Source of the DNA: Phyllobates terribilis
Taxonomy: Eukaryota
Assembly (NCBI RefSeq): GCF_046119375.1
Contig: NW_027365894.1
Location: 1 to 64,000 of the forward strand
Reading direction: 5' to 3'
Length of the DNA stretch: 64,000 bases
The position numbers were made by a program, and so were the translations under genes. Shown here piece after piece: positions 36,401 through 49,228 of the stretch (position 1 is its first letter; each line of letters opens with the position of its first letter). The notes under the pieces are model-generated. The model did not search any database. It was not told the DNA's origin and saw nothing but the letters and a program-made list of their open reading frames with translations.

Positions 36401-38550
36401 TGGGTGGATGGCCAAAGAGTGGTTCATGACTTCTGGAGGAATTACTTTGAGATCGCGAGGTGTCCAGGCAAAGACATCACGCGATCCAGACAAAATCTTC
36501 ACAATTTCTCTCATCACCGAGGGTTGCAACCCTCTTCCGACAAACAACTTCTCGTGGTCAGATTCAAATGACGCAATGGTGTCTTTCGCGAGGGGTACTG
36601 GAACTTTGGGCTGAGTGTCTAAAAAGGACGGTGTTCGCGGATCGAACTCTGCTTCTTCCTCATCACCAGGAGAGCTTACGTATACTTGGCTAGTGTGAAC
36701 TGCTTTCTGCTTGCCCTTATCTACAGAGTGATAGCAAGTTTGACTCTCCTATTGGTTTCCGCGTGCAATTACTGTGCCGCAGACTATCGGAACTTCACAC
36801 ATAAATGACTGATCGAGACACTTGCTTCAAATCTGGTTAGCGAGTCGGGGCATATGAATCGCGTTGTAGGAGGATGTCATGGGAATGACAAGGAAATCAA
36901 CAGAAAATTGTCTTCGTGGACCTCTTGTATCTCCGAGAATCATCTCCAGGGTGATCACCCGGATGCCTTCACCGAATCACCTGTACACCCTACGAGGTTG
37001 CACTGCGTTGGCTTTAACTGGATTTCATCAATGCCCAGCTTCTCGAAGGCATCCCAGTACAAGATATCCGCTGCGCTGCCAGTGTCGAACATGACTCTCT
37101 TCACGATCTTTGTGTCGAGTTGTATGCGGATCACAAGTGGATCTGCATTTCGCGTGGCCCACTCGTTTATATCTTTTCGCTGAACGTCACTTGATACGAC
37201 TCTCGCTTTTCTTCTCTCACGAGAATAAGGGGCCTTCTTGACAGGGGAGTGGCATTGGATGACCTTCGTTGCTCTGCCCTACCCGCGAGTTTGGGGATGT
37301 GCCTTCCCGAGATGGTACCCACGAACCCATCAAGCTGAGGGAAATGCTGGGCCGGGCCGCGATTGGTTTGCTCACGACGTGGTGGGTTTGCCCCGGTTCG
37401 TTGTGCGGCCATCACTCTTTGATCTTCCATTTTTGCTTCCCGTCTGATAGAGCGACACTCTGAGGAATCATGATTCGTGGTGTTATGCCTTTCGCACCAC
37501 ACAAGTCTTTGTTCAATTGCTCTCTTTCCCTACTGGCTACCTCCCTGGGTGACATTGGCCATAATATTTTGGGTTTTGGATCTCCCTTGTTGATCTCTTG
37601 GCTGCATGATGTTTGCTCGTGTATCATACTCCTGCTTCCTCGATCGGTTCTAATCATGATGTCTCTTCGACCCCCAGGATTGGTTGCCTCTCCGACCCTG
37701 GCTGCGCGAGCCTTGGCCGGTTATCATCTCACCCTGAATCTGTTCATAGGCCTTTTCCAACATCCCCTCATACGTGATTCCCTTCTTTCTGCTCATTATA
37801 TCCTTGAATTTTGTTCCGTCACACAAACCGCAAAGGAACGTGTAGCATGCCATGTCGTCTTTAAAATCACTGGCATGAATAACAACGGTTGTGAATCTTG
37901 CCACATAATCAGCCAGGGACTTGTCTGGGCCCTGTTGGATGCCTGTTGTATGTTGCATTACAACTTCTTACTTTCCTGAGGCACTTAAATGTGTGAGGAA
38001 CCTACTTTCAAGATCTGCGAAGCTGTTTATAACACCCTTGGGTAAGCCTAGAATCCAGCTCAGAGCTGATGCGGATAGAGTGTTTGGAAAACCCTTGCAC
38101 ATCGTCGCATCGTCAGCGTTGCTTGCGAGCATGCGGTAACGGTACCGGCTGGCATGTTCAGTGAGATCTTCCTTACCCGTGTAATCTTTCACCGCCGAGT
38201 ATTTGAAGTCTCCGCGCACGGTTGCGCACGTTATATGCTCTGCAAAGATTATGGACGCCTCGCGAGGTTGCCTTGGAGCATATATGGGGAAGTAGGGGTT
38301 ACGAGGGAAAGAGGGTGGGCCATTAGCGTACATAGGTGTTCTCGCGTGAGGCTCATGGTATGGCTGTTCATGAGACAGCTGGAACTGTGGTGGAAATCGT
38401 GGCCGCTCTATACCACGCCTGTGCTCTGGACTGTATGGTGTGCGGTCATAGTAATTGTACGTATCCATGTATGTATCACGAGAGTAGTAGTCGGAGGGGT
38501 GCTCTAGTTCGTGCCTCTGTCACGGCGGGATCCGTCTGAGGAACGGACAT
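33490..38550 (-). pseudogene. Tat gag-pol (gag, PR, RT, RH, archaeal-type RNase H, integrase), disrupted
   Basis: Gag YTGKEDLTEH...MCKGFPNTL; PR MFDTGSAADILY; RT FLDAYSVYNQV...; RH GRLTKWVIEL; aRH ATNNEAEYEAL (~34960-35000); IN GLDLLGPF, TDRGSQF; C-terminal GKLDPSWEG. Confidence 0.93.
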
Positions 38551-39179
38551 GGTTCTCCATGTATTCTCTCTAGTCCTAGAACTCTTCAAATTCCTCTTAA
38601 GACACCCACGCAAAGTTGGGGCGCAGAGTGGTGGTTGATTGTTCTCCGTGGACACTGTCACTTGGAAGGCCTTCTAGTCTTACCATCGCGAAATGATTGT
38701 CTTAACTTCGTGAGAAAATTCCCACAGACGGCGCCAGTGTTGGAACCCCGGGTAACTTCGTGTAGACAACACTCTACGCGAGGGCTTGGGATGCTTCGGG
38801 GATTGCTGCGAATTAGTCGTCGTGTAGCTGATGATGATCTTTGTATAGGTTGGAACTTTGAGTTGGCTTTGAGCTTAGTGTTTTCTTTGACTTCGTGTAC
38901 CTGCGTATCAAACCCAGAGGAGAGAGGCTTATGGATTTGACTCTCCGACGCTCAAGTTAGATTTCATTTATGAAAGCATTCTATGTGAAATATAGTTAAT
39001 ATAATTTTTTTGCCAAAGATAAATAATTGCATTAATTACAAGTGTCGACAATCATGCTTACAAGAGTCGTCTAGTCATAGCACGTCCCCTCCTACCCTTA
39101 ATTTTAAGACAAACAAGACATCTAAATTTACAAATGTCAATAATCCTCCTAGTTTCAACTTCAAGGTCTACAACCTTCC

Positions 39180-42100
39180 TTTTGAAAATCACCTCATTCC
39201 TAAGGATCCAAGTATGATAAATGACACAAGAAAGGCAATGAGTCGACTTTGGTAGACATTGTTGCGCTTTCTAGAACAGGCACCAAACTATCTCCACCAA
39301 TCCAGCAAGTTGTCCAGTCGGGTCTGGACCTTCTGTCATGCCAGAACCTTATCCAGAATTGCAGCAATAATCGGGCACTGAAACCATAGATGCTCAGCAG
39401 ACTCTATAGCAGCCAAACACAGGCGACAACTAGAGGTCGGAACAATACCCCAAGAGAAAAGTCTACCAGCAGTAGGAAGTCTATCCCAAGTAGCCAACCA
39501 GCAAGTGATACCCCACTTCCTAGGCACAATCCCATCCCACAACACCTCACACCAATCCACAATAGCACAAGGAGGATGAAAAATATCATAAACCCGTACA
39601 TTGTCCATCTTCAGAGGACGTCCCCGCTCAAACAAGTCAGGCAAAGTATTTGTATGATTAAGGATCACAAACCTGTCTTTCGACCCTCATGAGACTCCTC
39701 CAAAGCCAAGAGCTACCCGCTTTCGGAACAGAGCACCAGACACTACCATGGATCACCAAATTACGCTTAGCCCAAGCAGTCCAGAGATTCTCCTTACCAG
39801 AATGTATATCGAACACAAGTTTCATCAGCATAGTGTTATTCCAAGAAAGCAATTCCTTGAAATTAAGTCCCCCTTCCTTCCATCTTCTAGTGACACTCTT
39901 CCACGCAACAGGGGACTTCTTGCTAGCAACTAATCCTACCCACATAAAACTCCGACACATCCCTTGAGCAAGTTTAATGATTGCTTTAGGGAGAGCAAGC
40001 ACTTGCATCCAGAAAGTCAAAATGCTCTCAAGGACAGCTTTGCATACATGCATCCTGCCAGCATAAGACAAAACTCTAGCATTCCTAGAGTTAATAGCTA
40101 CCTACATCCTCTCAAGTAGAGGTCAAAACTCAGAGACCTTCAGCTTCTTGCAACTCAAAGGGATACCAAGATATCTCACAGGCCATCTCCCAAGGCCAAA
40201 GGCCATAAACTCTGCAATAGCTTCCTTCCTTTCACTACTAACACCATCAAGGAAAATCCTAGACTTTTCAGGGTTAGTAGACAGACCAGATTCGGCAACA
40301 AAGGAGGAGAGGAAATCCTTGATCATCTTCAGGGTAGAATCAGTCGGTTTACAGAACAGAAGCAGGTCATCAGCAAAAATAATGCTAGAGAGGCCAATCT
40401 GCTTACAACGAGGATGGAAAGAGAAAACCCTGGTCTTTCTTAGTACAGACAACTTCCTCTAGAACACTTCCATCACCAGGACAAACAGATAAGGTGAGAG
40501 CGGACCCCCTTGTCTAAGTCCTCGCCTACCCTGAAAGAACCCTTTGGACTCACCATTAACCAACACAGAGTAAAAAGGAGAACAAACACTAGCCATAATA
40601 AGTTTCACCAACTGGCAAGGGAAGTTAAAGAAATTGAGACACTTTTCCATGAAATCCCACGGTACACTGTCATAGGGCTTCTGCAGGTCCACCTGAATCA
40701 AACATCTAGGAGATATAGTTATACTACCATAGCCTTTAAACAAATCCTGAGCCACGCAAATATTCGATGTGATGGACCACCCCGCCATGAAAGCTCCTTG
40801 ATTCTGTCCCACAATCACATTCAACAACGACTGAATTCTTTCCACCATAATCTTAGAAATAGCTTTAAAGGTAGTATTACATGACGAGATAGGCCAAAAC
40901 TGCTTAATAGAGAAAGGTTCCTCAACCTTTGCAATGAGGAAAATGAAAGTAGCATTCACTTGCTTAAGCATACGACCTCTCCTAAAGAAGTCCTGAACCG
41001 CTGCAACAGCGTCATCTCCCACTAGCTTTTAAAGAACCAGCTACCAAACCCATCCGGCCCAGGATACTTCGTATTACTGCTCCCGAAGAATCCCTTCTTA
41101 ATTTCATCCCGCCCTGGTTGTGCACAAATCAATGGATGAGTCAAACAATCAATAAAAGGCCCCGGTATGCCCTCAAAACACTGAGAGACTGGAGGTAAAT
41201 CAGTCCCCCAAAAGATTAGAATAGAACTGAACAATCTCAACAACAATATCCCCTGGATCCGTGATCATTTTTCCCGCATCGTTAGTCAACGAACCGATTG
41301 TATTTCCGGCATGTCTGGTCTTAATGTTCCTGAAAAACATAGGCGAGGTTTCCTCCCCATACCTAAGCCAATCCAGCTTAGCTCTTTGTCTCACAAAGCA
41401 CTCCAACTGTAACAACCGCAATTCAAGCTCCTTCTTAGCACTCTGAACTCTCAGCTGCTTCTGAATGTTACTGAAATCATCATGGAGATCAACATGTGCT
41501 TCTCTCAGGTCTTTGGACCCCTCCTCAACCATAATCTCAAGATGCCTGAACCTCCCTTTTTGCCAACCTTTAAGAGTAGTCTTAACATACTTCAACTTAG
41601 TAGCAAGAATAAACCGAGGATTACCAGAAACAACACCATTGCAATGCTTTTTAACAAGATCAGAGAAATCTTCCTCTTCTGTCCAGAAACTCCTAAATTT
41701 AAAAGGAAAAGCTTTGACAGAAATCCCAGGATCGACGCAAAGAATACCTGGCGAATGGTCGGAACAACCAAGATAATCAAAGAAGACATTAGTAGAAGGA
41801 AAGGCGTGACACCATGCAGAATTAGCCACGAATCGATCCAGCTTACACGCCACTCTCTGAGTGCCAGATTATTGGTTACTCCATGTGAATTGAGCACCAC
41901 TGTAGTCTAGGTCAACAAGATCATTCGCAGAAAGTACCGCCTCCAATTCATCTGTACCACACTGAAATCGTCTAGTAAAACTCTGCTTATCGGCCACATC
42001 CAACAAGCAATTAAAGTCTCCCAAAACAGTCCAAGGAAAACTCCGAATATTAAGATCGTTCAAATCCCGCCATAAACAATCTCTATCCTCTCTAGCATTC

Positions 42101-42441
42101 ATACCGTAAATAAATAAAGCCAGAAAAGCAATCTCATCGGAAAGGCTTCTAATAGAGCAATCTATGAATTGACTAGCGCACCGTAAAACAATAAGACTAA
42201 CCTCCGCCTTATTCCAAGTCACCCAAATTCTACCTATCTCAACCAGAGTACTATTAGTTACAAAATCTCATCCATTCATCAACTGATGAGCCTCATCAAC
42301 TTCCTTTTCCTTTCTCACTTTGGTCTCAAGTAGCCCAATAACATGAATCTTATGTCGTGCGACGAGCTCCTTTATTAACTTCAACCTAGAGGGAGAGCCA
42401 CATCATCTAGTATTCCAAGCACAAATGGTTGTATTAACCAT
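39180..42441 (-). pseudogene. LINE ORF2 (AP endonuclease, RT, zf-RVT), multiply disrupted
   Basis: APE GLLETKV, VLGDFN, KLDRF, SDHSP; RT PGPDGF, GLRQGGPLSPYLF, FADDL, RYLGIPL; C-terminal CRLC...EHLWFQC. Confidence 0.92.
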
Positions 42442-43922
42442 TAGAACCACGTTTGAGCCTGCTACCGACTTTAACCGAGGAACGGGTAATAGTCCCCTTA
42501 GAAGACTTAGAGGAATTATCTTTCTGCGTGCAGGCCTTAGAGGAATTCACATCAGGAGGTTGCAAATCCACATTTGCAGTTCCTTCAATTTCTGCTGTCC
42601 AATTTCTGCTGCAATTCTAGGTGCTTCATCAGAGACAACATCAGTAAATACCACATCAGGAGGTTGCAAATCCACAACTGCAGTTTCCTTCAATTTCTGT
42701 TGTCCAATTTCTGATGCAATTCTAGGTGCTTCATCATAGACAACATTAGTAAACACCTCTGACTGTCCAATTTCTGCTGCAAGAACATCAGTCCCGGATA
42801 CATTGACCTGCTGCTTCACCTGAGGTAATGGTTGTTGTTCTGCAGGGATTATGACAGTAGCTGCACATGCCACAACCAATTCTGTTTCCTTCAAGTCAGC
42901 ATCAAGCAAAACCTCGGACTGAACCACCTCTGCTGCTAAAACCTCAGTCCAGATACATTGATTTGTTCTTCAATTCTAGGTGATGCCACATCAGTAGAAA
43001 TGCGTGAAAGTGCACTAACCTTAGGAACCTTGCAACGCTTGGTTACATGACCAAACACCCGGCACTTATCACATACAAACGACACCCATTCAAACCATAT
43101 TCTCTGGATATATTCACACCCTGTTTTTCTTTGAAGAACGATATCACCCTTCAAAACATCTTCAACACAAACAGAGATCGGTATACGCACAAAATTGGAC
43201 TTTGTCTTAGATAAATACAAGTCATCTCGGCTAATCGACACACCGATCATACTACTAATAACATTGATCATTCTTTTTGTCTTGAAGATTGGGTTAATGT
43301 GCCAAAGACGAACCCAAACCGGAATACTTTCAAAGTTATTCCAAGAAAACCGCATACCGATCTCCCAACGCTGCAACGCCAAAGGAAATATCCCCAAGAG
43401 AAGCCATGTATTATAGTTCAAAACTGCAAGTAAATCTGTTTCAGATGTGAATTCGAACCTCCATATGCCATTGTGTCTAGCCTGAATTTGCACATCGACC
43501 GTCGGCCAATAACTCTTGACGAACGCATACATCTCAGTCACCGTCGCGCTAGCCCCAGTGATACCGCCCATCAGAATGTATTCGAATTGCTCTTGAACCC
43601 TACACACCTCCTCTTCATCAAAGGTATAAACTTTACGATCCAAAAGCTCGATCTGCTCCAATGATTGATAGATCGAGCAATCCATGACTGTTTCATCGTT
43701 ACAAATCACCGCAGGGCCATCATCCATGCCCAAACAAGTATCACGGAGCCTTTCCTGCAAAATTGAAGTCCTATCGTCTCCGCCAGGCAACTCCAAACCA
43801 GCACCAATCGAAGCGCAACCCTGTGCGACGCCCTCCCCTAACGACCGAAGGCCGGCGTGGCCCACCGGAGGCATAACTTCTGGCGCACGCAACCAACGCG
43901 AGAGAAGAGAAGAAAGGAGCAT
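42434..43922 (-). pseudogene. LINE ORF1 (DUF4283-like region, CCHC knuckle, repetitive acidic C-terminus)
   Basis: IPVWVRL, CDKCRVFGHVTKRC; stop at 42936 and a frameshift near 42580. The ORF1 stop overlaps the ORF2 ATG (ATGGTTAA). Confidence 0.85.
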
Positions 43923-44486
43923 GATTAGGGTTTGTGCTGATATGATACTTTACTAATTGATTCCTACATTATTTTTATAGTTAATATAAATTGCGTGAGG
44001 CAAGGAAGAAGAGAAAAGGAGAAGTGTTCGCGAAAGTATTATGATGATTGCGTTCCGTGTAAGGATGTATACGAAGTATAAAGGGGGAGCTCTCAAATTA
44101 CTGCTAATAGCCGACTAAACATCATTAGTCGTTTTTACCTTAAAATCCCCTATTTATAGGTCTGAGCCTATATTAGGTCTCGTTCTCTTCCTTGATGGAC
44201 CGAGCCTTCCTATATTCTTATGGGCCCTTCTTAACAGATACAAATAGTATGTTAAAGTTAATTTAAAAACCTTCTAGAGAATAAAATATCTTTGAAGCGA
44301 TTTAATAATTCAAGAATTTGTCATCCAAAAAAAAACTTTTTCTAGCTAATTTTCGTGTTCGCTTGCATTTCTAGAGAAAGCTCATTTTCTGAATATTGTA
44401 ACAGTAACCCCGTCAAAAGGTGCTCCCATGGCGAAAGTCAAATGAATCAAGCCACGTATCCTGCCTTTCCTTTCTCTCTCTGTTCC

Positions 44487-44569
44487 TCACCAACCTCCAT
44501 CGACGACCTTGCGTGACCTACTACACATTACACAATTACTCCTCAGTCCTCACGATGTCACCAACCTCC
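44487..44569 (+). promoter_or_regulatory. Duplicated AC-II (ACCAACC) R2R3-MYB-type elements in the CM promoter
   Basis: Exact 12-bp repeat TCACCAACCTCC at 44487-44498 and 44558-44569, upstream of a shikimate-pathway gene. Confidence 0.6.
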
Positions 44570-44613
44570 CCCTCTAAAAATCTCCCGGTCTCGCCACAAT
44601 TTGCGATAAAAAA

Positions 44614-46962
44614 ATGGAGACCGTGCTTCTAAAACCCTCGCTTTCCTATTCTCCGTCCTGTCAGGCTATATCCTTCACAAAATCGTCGCCAACCGCCGGT
44701 GAGAATTTGAAATCCCTTGACTTCCGATTCCGTGGTCAGACCTCCTCCTTCGCCTTGATCGGAAACGGTCGACGATCGCGCCAGATTTCCGTCTCTGCTA
44801 CTAATTCTAGGTATATACCTAATTCGGTTCTTCTTTGATATGGTTAATGGTCTGAGACCTTGAATTTTCATGTATACAGACTCTCTGATTTCAGTAGATA
44901 TGATTAAGTGATCAACTCTTGTTCATTATTATAAATCTTAACTGAATTGTTTTTGGTCTGGCATTTATGACATCCATCACGGAAATGGAAATTTGTCAAA
45001 AAGGTAGAGCTACCATTTCACAGGCTTCTCGTGAGCTTGATAATATGGTTGTGAACTAAGACGATTTATTACTGCTCGTGGTATATAATATATGACTTGG
45101 TTTCTGATTTCACCATGGAGTTTAAAAACAATGTGTCTAAATTTGGTGTACTCTATAAAGACATTTGGCTTGAATGCGAATTGAAATGGAAATTTCACTG
45201 TACTTCCATGTCTGATTATGACCTCTCTGGACAAAAATTGATTGAACTGGATGTTTACTGATCTAGGTATGTATTAATGTATGAGTTGGTTTCTGATTCA
45301 GCAAATGAATTTATAAATACATTTGGCTTGTGTGCAGTTTAAATAGTAATTTCATTGTTCTTCATGTACTTTTTTTGTTAGCACACCTGCTAAACAAAGG
45401 ATGGATGAGAGTGAGAGCTTGACTCTAGACTCTATTAGGTCCTCATTAGTACGCCAAGAAGATAGCATAATATTCAGCCTATTGGAGAGATCACAATATT
45501 GTTACAATCCCGAAACTTATGACCCTAGTGCGTTTCCTCTGGATGGATTCTATGGCTCTTTAGTTGAGTATATGCTCAAAGAAACCGAAAAGCTTCATGC
45601 TCAAGTACTCTCTCAACTCTTACAACAACTTTCTGGAATACTTAAGTATGTTATACTGTTCTATCGATTATGGTATCATTAGATGTTGATCTGTTTGATG
45701 ATAACCATTTTCAGGTGGGTAGATACAAGAGCCCAGATGAACATCCATTTTTCCCAGATGATTTGCCCGAACCGGTATTGCCACCTTTGCAGTACCCAAA
45801 GGTAATACTCGTTTACCTTAAGTTTAGGGATCCGTGATTATAATGTAATAAAATTGAGGTCGTATTCATTTCAAAAATTTATTGATTTTGGTGGATTCCT
45901 GATTCATGCTCTAATTCTTCAACCTTTGCAACTTCCAAATTCAGGTTCTACATTCCATTGCTGATTCTATTAACATAAACAAGAAAATCTGGGCTATGTA
46001 CTTCAAAGATCTGCTGCCAAGATTAGCCAAGGCAGGTAATGATGGAAATTTCGGTTCAGCTGCTGTATGCGACACTATCTGCCTGCAGGTAATATAACTC
46101 AAATCCTTAATTTAACAATCAATTTCTTAAATGTTGATTCATATTCTAAGATGCTTCCAATACCCTACAGGCTCTCTCCAAGAGAATCCATTATGGTAAA
46201 TTTGTGGCAGAGGCCAAATTTCGAGCATCATCTGATGATTACATGGAAGCTATCAAAGCACAAGTATGTACAGAATATCATCACATTACTCTTCTTGGAC
46301 AATCTTTCAAAATAAATAAGGCAAAAAATATTAAAAATAACCCACCCTTTGATCAAGTGTTAAATAAATAACTCAACCTTTCAAAATATATGGAAATAAT
46401 TCTATATTTTTCAAACTGAATTCACGTAAATTACCTCTTCAATTGCATAGGTTGCATTGCCCTAAATTTGACAAACTGTTTTCACATATTATGTTTGAAC
46501 ATGCATATATGAATATCCAATTTCACTTTTAAAAAAAGAAAGTATTTGGATTTACATACATAATCGGTATTTCAAGTTTGTCATGTCATTAAGATGACTT
46601 GAATATTTCCAAGACTTAATGTTATATTCATATATTTAAAAAGATGGGTTATTTATTTAATACTTGATATGTTTGCCTAAGACATAACTTTCTAAGATAT
46701 CATTTTCTTGGGTCCGGCTTTGCAGGACGCGGTTCAGCTAATGAAGTTGTTGACATACGAGGCAGTAGAAGACATGGTAAAGAAGAGGGTGGCAATGAAA
46801 GCTGAGATCTTTGGACAGGATGTACCTATTAACCCGGAGAAAGAGGAAGCAAAGCCGGGGTATAAGATCAAGCCAGATATTGTAGCTGATTTATATGGTG
46901 ATTGGATCATGCCTCTTACTAAAGAGGTTCAGGTTGAGTATTTACTTAGAAGATTAGATTAA
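44614..46962 (+). CDS. CM1: Chorismate mutase, plastidic (CM1/CM3 type); join(44614-44810,45382-45604,45715-45801,45945-46088,46171-46263,46726-46962), 326 aa
   Basis: GT-AG introns, frame preserved (981 nt). [56 protein letters not shown]; Ser/Arg-rich transit peptide. CM1 versus CM3 paralog identity is not resolvable. Confidence 0.95.
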
Positions 46963-47783
46963 GCAGTGGGGATTAGTAGTTTATGATTATGATTGACTTG
47001 ATTAATCAGGAGTTTATTGATTATTCAAATAGTATATTGTTAAATAACGTTTGTGGGAGGATTTTTTACTTGGTACATGCAAATGTGACTGGTTTTTGAC
47101 ATCTTAATCCTGTGTCATCTTTGAATTTAACTTAAAACAAAAAAAAAACATAGAAGAATCGAAGGGCTTTTTAAGTGGTGTTATATTTGCATAGGCAAGA
47201 AGAGAGTTAGATTTGTACACAATATAATAAAGTCAACGAAAGTGAAAACTCTCGAACATTTGACAAACTCAGATGTGTCGGTATTAACGGTGACTCACTT
47301 CGTGGTAGAGTCCGCCCCAGATAATTGCGAAGATTATACCGATTCCCGAAATGTCTTTCTGGATATTCCTAAGGTGTATAAACATGTGAATGGGTATCCT
47401 AAACTTGAGTCGAAACATATTTTTGGCAAAAGAGTAATGAAAACGAGCATAATGTACTAGATTTAGAGAAAGAAATTTCATTATAATGTCATTTTTTACA
47501 TAAAAGTGGTGTGACTGATATAATAAAAAAGCTAATTATGAACCGTATGTCATTATAATTGCACTTGTCAAACATGCCCCTTCATCAATGTCAAGTGCAT
47601 TAAACCATCAATGGATGGATGGTCTATTGCAGTAAAAAAACGCCCTGATGATAAGAGCCAACAGACACAGTAAGAGGGCCTGGCATGCTCTCTCTGGCTT
47701 TTTACCATTTTTAGCAAAACAAGTACAATCCAACAATATTTCACTGACACATTGCATATTCTTCCCTTTCGGGTAGAATCAAG

Positions 47784-49228
47784 CACTACTAGAAATTAGC
47801 CTTTTAGCGACGGTATTGCCTTCCATCGCGAATTCTAATAAGTAGCGACAGATTTCGCGACGAAAAGTTCAACCGTCGCGAATTTTAATAAAAACATAGA
47901 ACCACGAGCTTAGCGGCGGAAAATCCATCGCTAAATCCGTTGCTAATCTTTGTGGTCAAAATCCTCTCTAATTTTTTTGGTGGTTAGCGACGGATTTGGT
48001 AATCCGTGGCTAATATTTGATTTTGGTGGTGGTACCCTGCCTAATTTTATAGGCGATACCCTACCTAATTTTAGTAGTGATTAGCGACGGATTACAAAAT
48101 CCGTCGCTAAATTAGGCGGTTAAAACCCCCACCTAATTATATTCAATTTTTTTATTTCAAAATTAGGTGGTAAAAAAACCCGCCCAAATTAGCGACGGTT
48201 TTGGTAATTCGGCGGTCTTAAAGCCCACCTAATTTTTTTTTTCGAATTTTTTGTTTCAAAATTAGGCGGTCAAAAACCCCGTCCAAATTAGCAACGGATT
48301 TGGTAATCCGTCGCTAAATGTGGGACATGGCATCGCTATTAGCCACAAATCAGGATATCCGTCGCTAATCCGCCAAATTCTATTTAAGGCGCCCCGATTT
48401 CCTCATTCACCTAAAATCACTTTCACCCCTCCGAATTCGCTTTCTCGCCACGCCTCTTTACCGGCTCTCCTCTCCTCTATTTTCCGGCCACCTCAGCGGC
48501 TCTTCACCGGCTTGTCACACCTCTTCACCACCTCCGGTGACTTCTCCTTCAACGTCTTATCCCCACGCGACTTCTCCTCTGGTGGCTTATCCTCCCGCGG
48601 CTTCTCCTCCCACGGCTTCTCCCCCAACGACTTCTAGATTTTCATTTTTTTTGGTTTCCAACTTGTTATTTTTCAGTTTTTTGGTCTCTAACTTGTAAGT
48701 TACTTTCAATTTAATGTTGGATTTGATTTGAATGTTAATGTTGGATTTGGTTTTGATTTGGATGTTAATGTTGAATTTGATTTGAATGTTAATGTTGCAT
48801 TTGATTTGAATATTGTGTTCGGTTAAACTTGCTACGGATTCCGTCAGTTAAACTTGCTACGGATTCCGTCGAAAACAGAGGAAATTGGCGAAATTGTGTG
48901 GCGGAACAGCAAAGGATTCCGTCGCTAAATTGCTCACAGGGGTCGGAGACGTTTGACTTTGGCGACGGATTAGACACAGAAATCTGTCGCTAATTCCGTC
49001 ACCACAATGTCGTCCTTTTGTCTTGCCGGGGAAACGTGATTAGTGATGGAAATATGTCGCTAATTCTGTCGCGGATTTGGCGACGGACCCATCTAGATCG
49101 TTTTGCGATGAAAATTAGCGGGACGGACGTGGTCTGTCGCAAATCCGTCGCTAACCTAATGTAGCGACGGATTTACCTTGTTTAGTTGACGGAAAAATCC
49201 GTCGCTAAAGAAGATTATTCTAGTAGTG
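47784..49228. mobile_element. Non-autonomous CACTA transposon (1445 bp)
   Basis: TIR CACTACTAGAA at both ends; 3-bp TSD AAG (47781-47783, 49229-49231); many TAGCGACGGA/TCCGTCGCTA subterminal repeats; no transposase. Confidence 0.96.

Larger units (their letters stand above)
39005..43975 (-). mobile_element. Near full-length L1-clade LINE inserted in the Retand 5' LTR
   Basis: 14-bp TSD TATAGTTAATATAA (38991-39004, 43976-43989), short poly(A) (T7 at 39005-39011), both ORF1 and ORF2 present. Confidence 0.95.
29096..44242 (-). mobile_element. Complete Ty3/gypsy Tat element (Retand-like; PR-RT-RH-aRH-IN) with antisense gene; 5' LTR interrupted by a LINE
   Basis: LTRs 29096-29595 and 38738-39004 + 43990-44242. 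5-bp TSD AATAG (29091-29095, 44243-44247). PBS TGGCGCCGTCTGTGGGA (38720-38736, minus). PPT TAGGGGGTGGA next to 29595. Confidence 0.93.

Noticed and set aside
48320-48637. 105-aa ORF inside the CACTA
   Set aside because: Low-complexity C-rich repeat with no transposase motifs.
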